Translations under genes and position numbers: made by a program
Part shown: piece after piece, positions 42,293 through 51,144 of the stretch
Position numbering within the stretch: the stretch's first letter is position 1
Layout: each line of letters opens with the position of its first letter
The notes under the pieces: generated by a model
Databases searched by the model: none
What the model saw: only the letters and a program-made list of their open reading frames with translations
Told to the model about the DNA's origin: nothing
Virus record (IMG/VR): IMGVR_UViG_3300045988_116799
Coordinates: 13,506 to 77,505 of that record
DNA from: a virus
Strand: one strand, 5' to 3'
DNA: 64,000 nt

Positions 42293-42673
42293 ACAAAACA
42301 AGAAGAAATTAAAGTATTGCAATCACTTAAAGGTGATACTTATTTTGCACAGAAATTTGGTGCTGACATTGACACAATGTGCGAGAATATAAAGAATGAT
42401 TTTGCAATTGAATGCGGTTGTACATTCAACAAAGAAACTGAGGTTTTGCGCAAAGAAATAGAAAGCGTTAAAACGGTAGCGAAAGATATGATTACAATTT
42501 TTGCGCACAACATAATCGTTGCTCTTGACAAAGGCAATGATACGGATGCTATGGCTTACCAAGCTGTGGAAGAAGTAATCGGAATAAAAGAGATAATCAA
42601 ATTCAAACATTCTCAGAATATTGAATTATCGGACAGCGAAATTAAGTATCTGGTAGAAAGTTTGGACAAATGA
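42290..42673 (+). CDS. Hypothetical protein
   Basis: 127-aa ORF behind the cassette. Confidence 0.5.
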   Translation: MTKQEEIKVLQSLKGDTYFAQKFGADIDTMCENIKNDFAIECGCTFNKETEVLRKEIESVKTVAKDMITIFAHNIIVALDKGNDTDAMAYQAVEEVIGIKEIIKFKHSQNIELSDSEIKYLVESLDK

Positions 42674-42897
42674 TAAAAATTAACGGTATCACCTACGAGG
42701 TAGGTTTGTCAATGGAAGTGGCAGGAACGATGTGGTTCTTTCGTAAGAAAGTAGAATGGCGAGAGACCACACGCCACTTTTGGACAAAGCAGGCTCTTGA
42801 GAAATACCTCCGCACCCTGCCGAACAGGCTTATCAAGCGTGAGGTTCTTGCAATGTTAAGGCAGACGCACGGCAGGGCAGCAGCCATAAGGCGATAA
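42670..42897 (+). CDS. Hypothetical small protein
   Basis: 75-aa ORF; ATGA overlap. Confidence 0.4.
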   Translation: MIKINGITYEVGLSMEVAGTMWFFRKKVEWRETTRHFWTKQALEKYLRTLPNRLIKREVLAMLRQTHGRAAAIRR

Positions 42898-42951
42898 TAC
42901 GTTGGGTGAAACGTAAAGCGCAACTTTTATTAATAAAAAACAAAGAATAAT

Positions 42952-43233
42952 ATGATAGAAATTCCAAAATCAAACGCAATAGAAGAACAAGAGAATGAAC
43001 TTGCACAGTGGGTTCTTGACAATCTTAAAGACAGAAAGGAAGTACAGATACTTCAGCGAACCGAAGGCTGCTGTGCTGGCAACTGGGTCGGGAGTCTGCC
43101 AAATGAAAAATGGCACGTGTCTTCGTTTGAAGCGGTAAATAATGTTGTACGAGCGTTTCGCCGACAAGGATATGCCGTCACAGAGCATTGCTCGGCTCGT
43201 TACCCAACTGCGTATATAAACTTTAGAAAGTAA
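42952..43233 (+). CDS. Hypothetical protein
   Basis: 93-aa ORF. Confidence 0.4.
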   Translation: MIEIPKSNAIEEQENELAQWVLDNLKDRKEVQILQRTEGCCAGNWVGSLPNEKWHVSSFEAVNNVVRAFRRQGYAVTEHCSARYPTAYINFRK

Positions 43234-43245
43234 AAACTGTGTATT

Positions 43246-43692
43246 ATGAACTTATTTTCAAACAATCCCGATTTTTACCCTACACCAAATGAGGTTATAG
43301 AGCAAATGATGTTAGGGGAAGATTATGTAGGCAAGACCGTATTAGAGCCTTCTGCTGGTAGCGGCAATATTGTCAAATGGCTAAAACTAAATGGCAGTTG
43401 TAATGTCGTTGCTTGTGAGAATGACCTTACTCTACGAAATTTGCTCGGCAACGTTTGCCCTCTTATTGGCGATGATTTTCTCAAGCTAACAGCTGAACAA
43501 GTTAGCTATGTTGACCTTATAGTAATGAATCCGCCATTCAGCCATGGGGCGGAGCATATTATGCACGCTTGGGAGATAGCTCCGTCCGGATGCACAATAA
43601 TTGCCTTGTGTAACAGCACAAATGTCAATGCTACTTGTTATAGAGAGTACCGTAAATTGCAAGAGGTAGTCGAGCTGTATGGCAGTTCCTAA
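43246..43692 (+). CDS. N6-adenine DNA methyltransferase domain (ends at an in-frame TAA)
   Basis: VLEPSAGSGNI (SAM-binding motif I) and VMNPPFS (NPPF catalytic motif). Confidence 0.7.
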   Translation: MNLFSNNPDFYPTPNEVIEQMMLGEDYVGKTVLEPSAGSGNIVKWLKLNGSCNVVACENDLTLRNLLGNVCPLIGDDFLKLTAEQVSYVDLIVMNPPFSHGAEHIMHAWEIAPSGCTIIALCNSTNVNATCYREYRKLQEVVELYGSS

Positions 43693-43695
43693 TTT

Positions 43696-44673
43696 TTGGG
43701 AGACGTATTCAGCACGTCTGAGCGTAAAACAAATGTAAATGTGTCGCTTGTGAAGCTCTATAAACAAGCAGATGGTGAAGATGAATTTTCAGGTTACTTT
43801 TTCTCGCAAGAGGATGAAGATGCCGTCAACCAGAACACCAAAGAAGGTCTGATGCCATATAATGTTGTGCGTGACTTGGTTAATCGCTATATTTCTGCTG
43901 TTAAACTTTTTGATAGCGTAATGGAAGTGTCAAATCAGATTAATGAAATAGCAAAGGTAGAAAAATTCAGCTTGCCTATATATTTCACTGCCGTCAACGC
44001 AGAAGACCGTTCTACAACAATCACAAGAGCGCAGTACAAAAAAGAGTTGCAAAAATACTACTGGAGGGTTATTTTCAGAAAGTTAAACATGGAGAAGTTT
44101 GCAACTTCTAAATTGCATCAACAGATTAACCGTTTTGTTGAGAAACAAAGTAATGTCCCGTTCACTATGAAGAACGTGTATAGCGTGCTTAATATGGTCA
44201 TACAGACTACTGGGCAGCGTATGAGAACAGCTTTATCTGAAGCATTCGACCTTATATGTTCCTTGTCGGCAGAAAACAGCACAGCTGGTGAGACATGGAA
44301 GACAAATGCGAACTACATGGTTAACAGAAAATTCATCGTGTCTTGGATTACTGAATACGACACACGCTGGCCGAATCCTTTTGTTAGGCTAAAAATAGGA
44401 GGTAATAAAGACAGAATTGAAGATGTGTGCAAAGCATTATGTTTTCTAACCGGTACAGATTACAACAACATGGAAAGCCTAAGCTCCTTTGTGGGAGAAA
44501 ATCAATTAGCATGGGGAGGTTGGTTTGATTGGGGATTTTTCCGTTGTAGAGCGTACAAAAAGGGAATTATGCACTTTGAGTTTAAAGACGAAAAAGTGTG
44601 GATGATGTTCAACCAAGAAGTAGCCAAAGAACGAGGCTGGAGCTTACCTAAAAAAACAAACAAAAACAAATAA
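43696..44673 (+). CDS. DUF4942-like domain protein, in frame with the upstream methyltransferase
   Basis: Same reading frame as 43246..43692, separated only by TAA-TTT. Starts at a TTG; LGDVFSTSERKTNVNV.. continues the usual MTase-DUF4942 fusion architecture (recalled). Confidence 0.55.
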   Translation: MGDVFSTSERKTNVNVSLVKLYKQADGEDEFSGYFFSQEDEDAVNQNTKEGLMPYNVVRDLVNRYISAVKLFDSVMEVSNQINEIAKVEKFSLPIYFTAVNAEDRSTTITRAQYKKELQKYYWRVIFRKLNMEKFATSKLHQQINRFVEKQSNVPFTMKNVYSVLNMVIQTTGQRMRTALSEAFDLICSLSAENSTAGETWKTNANYMVNRKFIVSWITEYDTRWPNPFVRLKIGGNKDRIEDVCKALCFLTGTDYNNMESLSSFVGENQLAWGGWFDWGFFRCRAYKKGIMHFEFKDEKVWMMFNQEVAKERGWSLPKKTNKNK

Positions 44674-44674
44674 T

Positions 44675-45073
44675 ATGGAACAAAATAAAATATTGACTCA
44701 CGTCTATATTGTAGAGGTTGAGTCGAAAGAGCAAGACAAAGACAATAGTAATGATGTTTGTGACATCCATTCAGGTGTTCTCCGTGTCTTTGCAAATAAA
44801 GAGGATGCGTCAGCTTACATGCGAGAATACTATGATAAATGTGAGTTGACAAGTAAGAGTATCGAAACCTTTGAGAGCGGCAACGGCGGCTTTTCAATTA
44901 AAGTAGATACCAGAAGTGAAAACATTCCTGGTTCTGTGTCTATGAGTGGTGAGAAGTTAGAAAACAGAATATGTAAAATGAAAGTCAGTTGTTATGCAAC
45001 GGAAATAACAACCAGCTTTGACAAGGAAAGAATTTCTTTTGATAATGATTACTACGATGAATTTTTTGGATAA
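44675..45073 (+). CDS. Hypothetical protein
   Basis: 132-aa ORF. Confidence 0.45.
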   Translation: MEQNKILTHVYIVEVESKEQDKDNSNDVCDIHSGVLRVFANKEDASAYMREYYDKCELTSKSIETFESGNGGFSIKVDTRSENIPGSVSMSGEKLENRICKMKVSCYATEITTSFDKERISFDNDYYDEFFG

Positions 45074-45076
45074 GAC

Positions 45077-45346
45077 ATGAGCGTATACACAGAAGCGATG
45101 TTGGCAAGTTTGTTTAATGTTACAACAACTTCGCCTTATGAATGCGATTTAGAGAACCCCGTGCCTGTCAAAGGCAGGAAGTCGTACCGCAACGCAATGG
45201 CGGTATCAATACGCGTTTCAGAAAATAAAGCGTTTGGGTATGCTGTGTCGATTATGCTTTTCGTGGACGAACACTATCGTAAAATACAATGGAGAGTACT
45301 CTCAGACGAAGAGAAGAAAAACATACAAGATGCGTTGGGTATATGA
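45077..45346 (+). CDS. Hypothetical protein
   Basis: 89-aa ORF. Confidence 0.45.
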   Translation: MSVYTEAMLASLFNVTTTSPYECDLENPVPVKGRKSYRNAMAVSIRVSENKAFGYAVSIMLFVDEHYRKIQWRVLSDEEKKNIQDALGI

Positions 45347-45355
45347 ACAGAAAAA

Positions 45356-45388
45356 ACCGCTGCCTGTGGAGATACGGATGGCAGCGGT
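45356..45388 (+). terminator. Stem-loop after the early operon
   Basis: 9-bp stem ACCGCTGCC / GGCAGCGGT with a 15-nt loop; weak T-tract. Confidence 0.4.
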
Positions 45389-45512
45389 CAATTTGGAGTT
45401 TAACGTAATATCTCGTTAGAGATACAACAATGTGGTACAAAGGTAGCTTTTTTATTTGGTCAGACAAAACATAAAATGTAAATTTGCATATTATTAACTA
45501 AAACAAATAAGC

Positions 45513-45797
45513 ATGACAGCGGAAGACATCTTGAAATATTGTCATTTCTATAAAGGTGAGGTGCTAATGCCTGATTCTTTAGAAGAAACAAATGAAGGTC
45601 AGCTATGGCTGGCTGAAAAAACAGTATGCGAGGAATTCGTAAATGACATTCATGTTGACACAGCACAAAAAGACGTTGCTTCTATTGTTGCTGCCTATGT
45701 TGGGAAATGGAATCCTTATGAATTGTCGGATGTTATGAACACGTACCTTACAAAGGTTCCAGAGGTTGAAACCTTCATAAGGCAAGTGTATTTATAG
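45513..45797 (+). CDS. Hypothetical protein
   Basis: 94-aa ORF; a TAAATTTG -7 box lies at 45479-45486; converges on the MuF-like gene with a 6-nt overlap. Confidence 0.45.
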   Translation: MTAEDILKYCHFYKGEVLMPDSLEETNEGQLWLAEKTVCEEFVNDIHVDTAQKDVASIVAAYVGKWNPYELSDVMNTYLTKVPEVETFIRQVYL

Positions 45798-48700
45798 TTC
45801 AAATAAGGCGTTTCCTTTGATATAATAAATGGATGCGCCTTTCTTTTTAAATTCCTTGGCAATCTTTAAAATTTTATCGTGAGAACCATCTAAAATATCG
45901 TATGGATAAGTTATGGATTCAATACAATCAATTGTAAGCTGCCCGTGGTATTGTAGTTCTAGATACGAAGATATATGTTCTTTTTTAAATTCTACGAGGT
46001 TTGTTGTTTGTATGTCTATTGATGTTGGTGTATTATAAAAATCATCAAACGAGCACGCTTTGGGGTCGCTAACGAGAGACGGCTGATATCTAACCCCTAA
46101 AGAATCTCCTGCCGTCCACGTTGCGACAACTTTGTCTTTCTTAAAACGGACTTCCACGTTACCATAACTTCTTGCTGTGTTGTTTTGCATTGAGCGCAGT
46201 ATATTGTGGTCAAGAAGGTTTCCGTATTTCTCATATTCTTTTCTGTCTAATTGCTGAACTGCAAGGTCTTTTCGCGGAAGGCCAAACATCTTATGGGCGG
46301 CACTTAAACGTGAATGTGTAGGACTAATTTTTCCTGTTGTGGACGTAGAACCTAAATAACCTCCGGATGAGCCAGTCTCGAAAGTGTTCATAAATTTTGA
46401 ATTTAAGACCTTTTCGAGTATGGAATCTTTTATATTCATTCCTAAATCATGCTCACTGAACACTTTTTGCATCAGTAATTCTATCTCATTCTTATGCGTT
46501 TTTGCTGTGACACCATAATAACGGCTGTTCTTCTCGTATTCGCTTATTGCATCTTCAAGATATTCAAGAGTCTTTGGAAATTTCGTACCAAGGCGTTTTT
46601 TCAAGTCTTCTATTGTTTCGTGATTAACTGCTGTTTCTTTTAATAGCTTTGGCGATTTCAATTTGTTTTTTAATAGTTGCTGATATTTTCTATTAATCTC
46701 CTGCGCTTTGCTTTTTGCCAAATCCAAGTCAACATTTCTCCGTGTCAGTATATGATTTATCTCTGATGCCAGTTCTTTGATTTTTCTACTTTTTGATAGA
46801 GTAGCATATGCGAGTGCATCGCTGACACTGTCGGCAACGGCTTTAATGTCAATCTTTCTCTCTACTATACGTAATTCTTTCTTATACGCATCTTGAGCAA
46901 CTTTCCATGTATCGTATTTTTTATGTTCTTCAACCCATTTAATCTCAGATTCCAGAAAGCGTTTCCTTGGAAGTAATTCAACGCTTTCTCTTGCCAGTCT
47001 TGCTTCAATAGCTTTGTTAATTGCAATAGCTTCTGACATTGAGTAATTGCGAGCGACAAGGATAGGATTTTCAAGGCGTGACAGAGATAAAATCTTTTTC
47101 CCTTGTTCTTTCAATGCTTTGGCTTCTTCATAAATATTTACATAATCTCTTGCTTCAAGAGCTGTCTTTAATGCCGATGTGTCCACATCTTTAATGCCAT
47201 TCATATAGCGTAAGACGCTTTCGCCATAATGAACGTAAGCTCTTTCTGTTGCAAGTCGTCTTTGTCGTTGTTCGGCTCTTCTTTTGATTGATTCTGCGTC
47301 TCGCTTTGCGTGTCGTGCCTTAGCAATCTCTTGTATGGCATCACGGCGTGACATTGCGTCAGCACCCATTTGTTTGCGCTGTGTTGCATCCAAAAACTTC
47401 ACCCAATAACTTTTATTGTTTGCCAAGTGCCACGCCAACTTGTCCCGTTTATAAGCGTCCACGATTTTGTTTGCATTATCCTCAATGTACCGTTTATATT
47501 GGTCGGGCATATCTTTAATACGGTTAGGAGATACGTAATTGGACATATCTTCTCCGTTGAACAGCCGTTTGTAGAATTGCTTGCGTTCTTCGCCACTTAT
47601 CATTATAGGGTCACTGGTACACATGCAGTTTGAGCCCCAAAAGCATTTGCCGTCTTTCTGTATATACATGATGTGATTGTTCTCAAGTGTAACGTCGTAC
47701 ACAAAGCCGATGTATTCAACTTTCTCCTTGTTAAATACAGTGGCGGTTGCTGAATCGCATTCACTTATTCTGTAACAGTCATATCGCTGCTTTATAACTG
47801 TACCATCTTTTTTGACAGTATTTTTAGGTGACATTATTCTATATGACGGTCGATGTCCTACTTTTAACAATAGCAAACCTATTTCAGCTGCCATTTGAGG
47901 AGAAGATGTAAAATACATTCTTTCTCCATGATTTGGAGTACATACATGACCTCTGTTGCCCATAAAAGGACGTGGCTTCTTGATATGTCCGTCGCACACA
48001 ATAAAAGCATCAAGAAATATTTGGATTTGTCTCTTTGATGCATTTAAAATTTCTTGTGGTATATATTTATAATGTGCAGTTCCGTATTTTAAAAGCTCTT
48101 GACCAAAAGCACGGTGATATAAAACAATGGTGCTTTTATAAACGTGTGGCGTAAAACCCATCTTCTTGATACAAGTTTGCATACGTTTCCAAGCAGGCTG
48201 TCCTTTTTCTTGCGACAAAACAATACCGTAGTCATGTTGCATACTACCGTCTGCAAGGTAATACCCCATAAATTCACAATACACATCAAAAGGTATATTT
48301 TTGTCGCCAAACATAATGTTCGTGCGGTCTTTGGCGGTATTGACAGCGGAACGATAGAAAGCCCCCATACTTGGCTTGTATTCCGTAGCGTTGCATTTTT
48401 TTATTTCGTGAGCACCGCTTTTGCTGATATACACCATTTGATGTTCTGGAGTAACAAGACATTCCAATGAACGGTTAAAAAAGTGTATAAGTTCTCCATT
48501 GTAAGGGTATTTTTGTACTCCTACAATATTTGTTTCTTCTATTTCACGTGTCTGTGGATTTAAAGAATATACAACATCCTGAGTCGTAACATCTTTAAAT
48601 TCTTTCCATCCTTTTGTAGTCAGAACCTGAGTACCTTCGGCATAACATTGAGGGTGCCAGCCATTCCACACAAAGCCTTTAGGATAGTACCCTTCAAGCT

Positions 48701-49550
48701 CGTCGCAAATGTCAGCATCTTCGTCTGGGTCGTGCTGTGGAGATACGTGTATATGCTGCCCTATGACGAAAGGCTCGTTTGCCCAACGCTCGTTCCTTGC
48801 TGTGTGGTATGCTGCATTGATTTCGGTACGAGCCACACGTAAAGCATTCTTTCTTGCGGAGCGATATACGCCCAGCCCTACATGTTCGAGCGGTTCTTCT
48901 ACAAAGCGTACACGTCCGTCAATAATGCGCTTCCTGCGCCAAGTGACAATATCTTTCTTCTGTCCGTTCTTTAACACTTTTACTGTGTGGTAACGACGAT
49001 ACATCATATCCGGGTTATTCAAATATTGTCGTATTCTTCTACCCACTTCCTCTGCGGATTCACCCTTTCCCAGTCCGTCGGCTATCACGTTAGACATCGC
49101 CATCTCGAACTCTGCTTTTGTTTGCTGACAGTAGTTCCATACGGACCGCGCGAGGTTCAAGCCTATCTTAGAATTGAGTCTATTGGCTATGAACGTCGCA
49201 GCAGCCGTTTTTCTTGCGGTTTCTAATGCTTTGTCTGTTAGCACAGAGAATTGCCCTATTGTATCATTGTCGTGCGCATACGCAAGAGAAACGCCGCTTG
49301 TTATGCCGCTTTTGTAGCATAACATGCTATTTTGGAAATAGTCGTTAAATATGTCTTCAAGTCGAGCTTTAAGCAAAGGAAAATTGTCAAAATTGAAAAG
49401 AGCGTCATTTTCGAGCACGTCTTCGCTATAGCCAAGAGCGAGCAGCTTCCTGACATAACTTCCGTACAACATGCCAAGTCGGCGGTTGTATTCGGCGAAT
49501 AGCCTGTTTAAATCTTCCTTTCGCTTTTTAGCTGTAAGTTTTTCTGCCAT
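45792..49550 (-). CDS. Head morphogenesis protein (MuF/SPP1 gp7-like) with an intein and a ~600-aa C-terminal extension
   Basis: 1252 aa, directly downstream of the portal gene. The N-terminal ~300 aa are gp7/MuF-like. The WHPQ|C...N|CMC junction restores an HPxCxC-type motif once residues 302-641 are removed. Confidence 0.75.
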   Translation of the reverse strand: MAEKLTAKKRKEDLNRLFAEYNRRLGMLYGSYVRKLLALGYSEDVLENDALFNFDNFPLLKARLEDIFNDYFQNSMLCYKSGITSGVSLAYAHDNDTIGQFSVLTDKALETARKTAAATFIANRLNSKIGLNLARSVWNYCQQTKAEFEMAMSNVIADGLGKGESAEEVGRRIRQYLNNPDMMYRRYHTVKVLKNGQKKDIVTWRRKRIIDGRVRFVEEPLEHVGLGVYRSARKNALRVARTEINAAYHTARNERWANEPFVIGQHIHVSPQHDPDEDADICDELEGYYPKGFVWNGWHPQCYAEGTQVLTTKGWKEFKDVTTQDVVYSLNPQTREIEETNIVGVQKYPYNGELIHFFNRSLECLVTPEHQMVYISKSGAHEIKKCNATEYKPSMGAFYRSAVNTAKDRTNIMFGDKNIPFDVYCEFMGYYLADGSMQHDYGIVLSQEKGQPAWKRMQTCIKKMGFTPHVYKSTIVLYHRAFGQELLKYGTAHYKYIPQEILNASKRQIQIFLDAFIVCDGHIKKPRPFMGNRGHVCTPNHGERMYFTSSPQMAAEIGLLLLKVGHRPSYRIMSPKNTVKKDGTVIKQRYDCYRISECDSATATVFNKEKVEYIGFVYDVTLENNHIMYIQKDGKCFWGSNCMCTSDPIMISGEERKQFYKRLFNGEDMSNYVSPNRIKDMPDQYKRYIEDNANKIVDAYKRDKLAWHLANNKSYWVKFLDATQRKQMGADAMSRRDAIQEIAKARHAKRDAESIKRRAEQRQRRLATERAYVHYGESVLRYMNGIKDVDTSALKTALEARDYVNIYEEAKALKEQGKKILSLSRLENPILVARNYSMSEAIAINKAIEARLARESVELLPRKRFLESEIKWVEEHKKYDTWKVAQDAYKKELRIVERKIDIKAVADSVSDALAYATLSKSRKIKELASEINHILTRRNVDLDLAKSKAQEINRKYQQLLKNKLKSPKLLKETAVNHETIEDLKKRLGTKFPKTLEYLEDAISEYEKNSRYYGVTAKTHKNEIELLMQKVFSEHDLGMNIKDSILEKVLNSKFMNTFETGSSGGYLGSTSTTGKISPTHSRLSAAHKMFGLPRKDLAVQQLDRKEYEKYGNLLDHNILRSMQNNTARSYGNVEVRFKKDKVVATWTAGDSLGVRYQPSLVSDPKACSFDDFYNTPTSIDIQTTNLVEFKKEHISSYLELQYHGQLTIDCIESITYPYDILDGSHDKILKIAKEFKKKGASIYYIKGNALFEL
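47628..48647 (-). mobile_element. Intein with LAGLIDADG homing endonuclease (340 aa, residues 302-641)
   Basis: Starts CYAEGTQVLTTKGW (block A). LAGLIDADG-like FMGYYLADGS and FLDAFIVCDGH. Block F/G FVYDVTLENNHIMYI...CFWGSN followed by +1 Cys. Confidence 0.8.
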
Positions 49551-49552
49551 AC

Positions 49553-51046
49553 TTATTCTTCATTCGTCACAGACTGCGATGCGTTCGCCGACTCACCAAC
49601 ACCCATAAACGCCGCCTGTTGCATCATTTCACTTTCCTGCTCTTCTTTCATTTCTTTCTCCACGCTGTCGGCATCATCGTTGAGCGGATTAAGCTCAATA
49701 GAACGACGTTGTGAAGTAGAAGGCTTACCTCCATTGCTCTGTGTGATAAGTTGTAGCAGTTCAACATCATTCTTGGGTATGTAAGGTTCAAACAGGGGCT
49801 CAAAATCAATGTCCTCCGCTACGCTTGCATCAATACCCTTAACGTATATGCCTGCATTGCAAATACCGTTAGCAACGATGTTGCTTCTGCGTGTGAACAT
49901 TTCTCCGTACATTTCAGTTTTGTTGCCGACTTTCATAAATGGGTCGGTAAACATAAGACGTATGGCAGCACCGCTTGTGTTGTTGCCTAATGTCTTCATG
50001 TTTTCAAATGAAATGTCGGGAGTTTGCGTGAACGAGAATATGATATTAAACAGGTAAGCAATCTCGCCTTTCACACTCTCTGGAGAGTGGTCCCATGACA
50101 GCACTCTCATTTCCGTTTCTTTTCCACCTTGGAATACCGAACCTTGCTCGCCTTTTTCGGCAAAACCTTCCAGACGACCTTGAATAAAGTACTTTGGCGT
50201 GCCAAAATAATCGTTCGTGTCGCCCCAGTTCGATATACATTCTTCTACACGGTCGCACGCCCACTGAACATCTGCCCATTCCGATTTGTATTGGTAGTAA
50301 TAAACTACTGGTATCTTCGTGAAGCCATGTGCCTTTGCTTCGGTGAGTGTCCATCCCGAGCCATTATTGATGTACTTATACACGAATCTATCTGTGTAGA
50401 CATCAAAATGCAGCTCTTGTGTTCCAAGCTCGTCAAACGTGTAGTATTCACGTCCGAAACCATCCATCCGATGCCAATCATTAAAATGCGGATATAAATT
50501 ATCTCCATTTGCAGGAGAAAGAAGCTGTACTCGAATTTCACCGCCAAGCCGTCCATTTTCGTCTGTGGTCATGTACCATAGCTCTGCTGCTTCACATTGA
50601 GAAGACACTGTGCGAACAAGCTGCTTGTCAAAATACTTCATTTTGTTGTCGTGATAGCAGTGTGTAATCGCATCGAACAGTAGCTGCTGCTTGTTGTTGA
50701 GTGTCTTAATGTCTACGCCATGAGAATTCGCCTTGTAAGTTACATGGTTTGTGAGCAAAAAGCCCACTAACCTGTCGACTATCACTCTCTGTGTCGGTAA
50801 CGCTATTCTGACGCGGTCAACAAGTTTTGTCTTGTAAATGACCTGCCCTGATAAAGGGTCTTTCTGCTCTGTCGGAACTTTCACCTTCTTTTTCGGACGT
50901 TTTCCCTCGTCAAAGATATCGTGCTTGTAGGCATCCCATTGGCGCATAAGTTCTTCAAAGCTGTTGTGCTGTGGCAGCTTTCGTGCCGTTAGTAACATAT
51001 GTACTGTATTGGCATCGTTTGCGAGTATTTCTGTAATCTTCTTCAT
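49553..51046 (-). CDS. Portal protein
   Basis: 497-aa ORF between the large terminase and the MuF-like gene, with an acidic C-terminus; positional and size call. Confidence 0.7.
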   Translation of the reverse strand: MKKITEILANDANTVHMLLTARKLPQHNSFEELMRQWDAYKHDIFDEGKRPKKKVKVPTEQKDPLSGQVIYKTKLVDRVRIALPTQRVIVDRLVGFLLTNHVTYKANSHGVDIKTLNNKQQLLFDAITHCYHDNKMKYFDKQLVRTVSSQCEAAELWYMTTDENGRLGGEIRVQLLSPANGDNLYPHFNDWHRMDGFGREYYTFDELGTQELHFDVYTDRFVYKYINNGSGWTLTEAKAHGFTKIPVVYYYQYKSEWADVQWACDRVEECISNWGDTNDYFGTPKYFIQGRLEGFAEKGEQGSVFQGGKETEMRVLSWDHSPESVKGEIAYLFNIIFSFTQTPDISFENMKTLGNNTSGAAIRLMFTDPFMKVGNKTEMYGEMFTRRSNIVANGICNAGIYVKGIDASVAEDIDFEPLFEPYIPKNDVELLQLITQSNGGKPSTSQRRSIELNPLNDDADSVEKEMKEEQESEMMQQAAFMGVGESANASQSVTNEE

Positions 51047-51065
51047 ATTTTGCTAACTTTGTTAG

Positions 51066-51123
51066 CAAAGTTATATCATAATATACTATCTTATAACTAT
51101 AATTAGTTATCCTGTGTAAACAA
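51066..51123 (-). promoter_or_regulatory. Late promoter: -7 box TAACTTTG plus upstream TTGTTTACACAG motif
   Basis: -7 box is plus 51066-51073; motif is plus 51112-51123, 38 nt upstream. Confidence 0.5.
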
Positions 51124-51144
51124 AAAAAAACGATACTTATGCTT

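Noticed and set aside
43690-43692. Genome-wide stop-codon reassignment suggested by the in-frame TAA (43690) and TAG (32072)
   Set aside because: TAA, TAG and TGA each terminate well-supported long genes (tape measure, DGR target and RT respectively). No other long ORF is interrupted, so the standard code is most likely.
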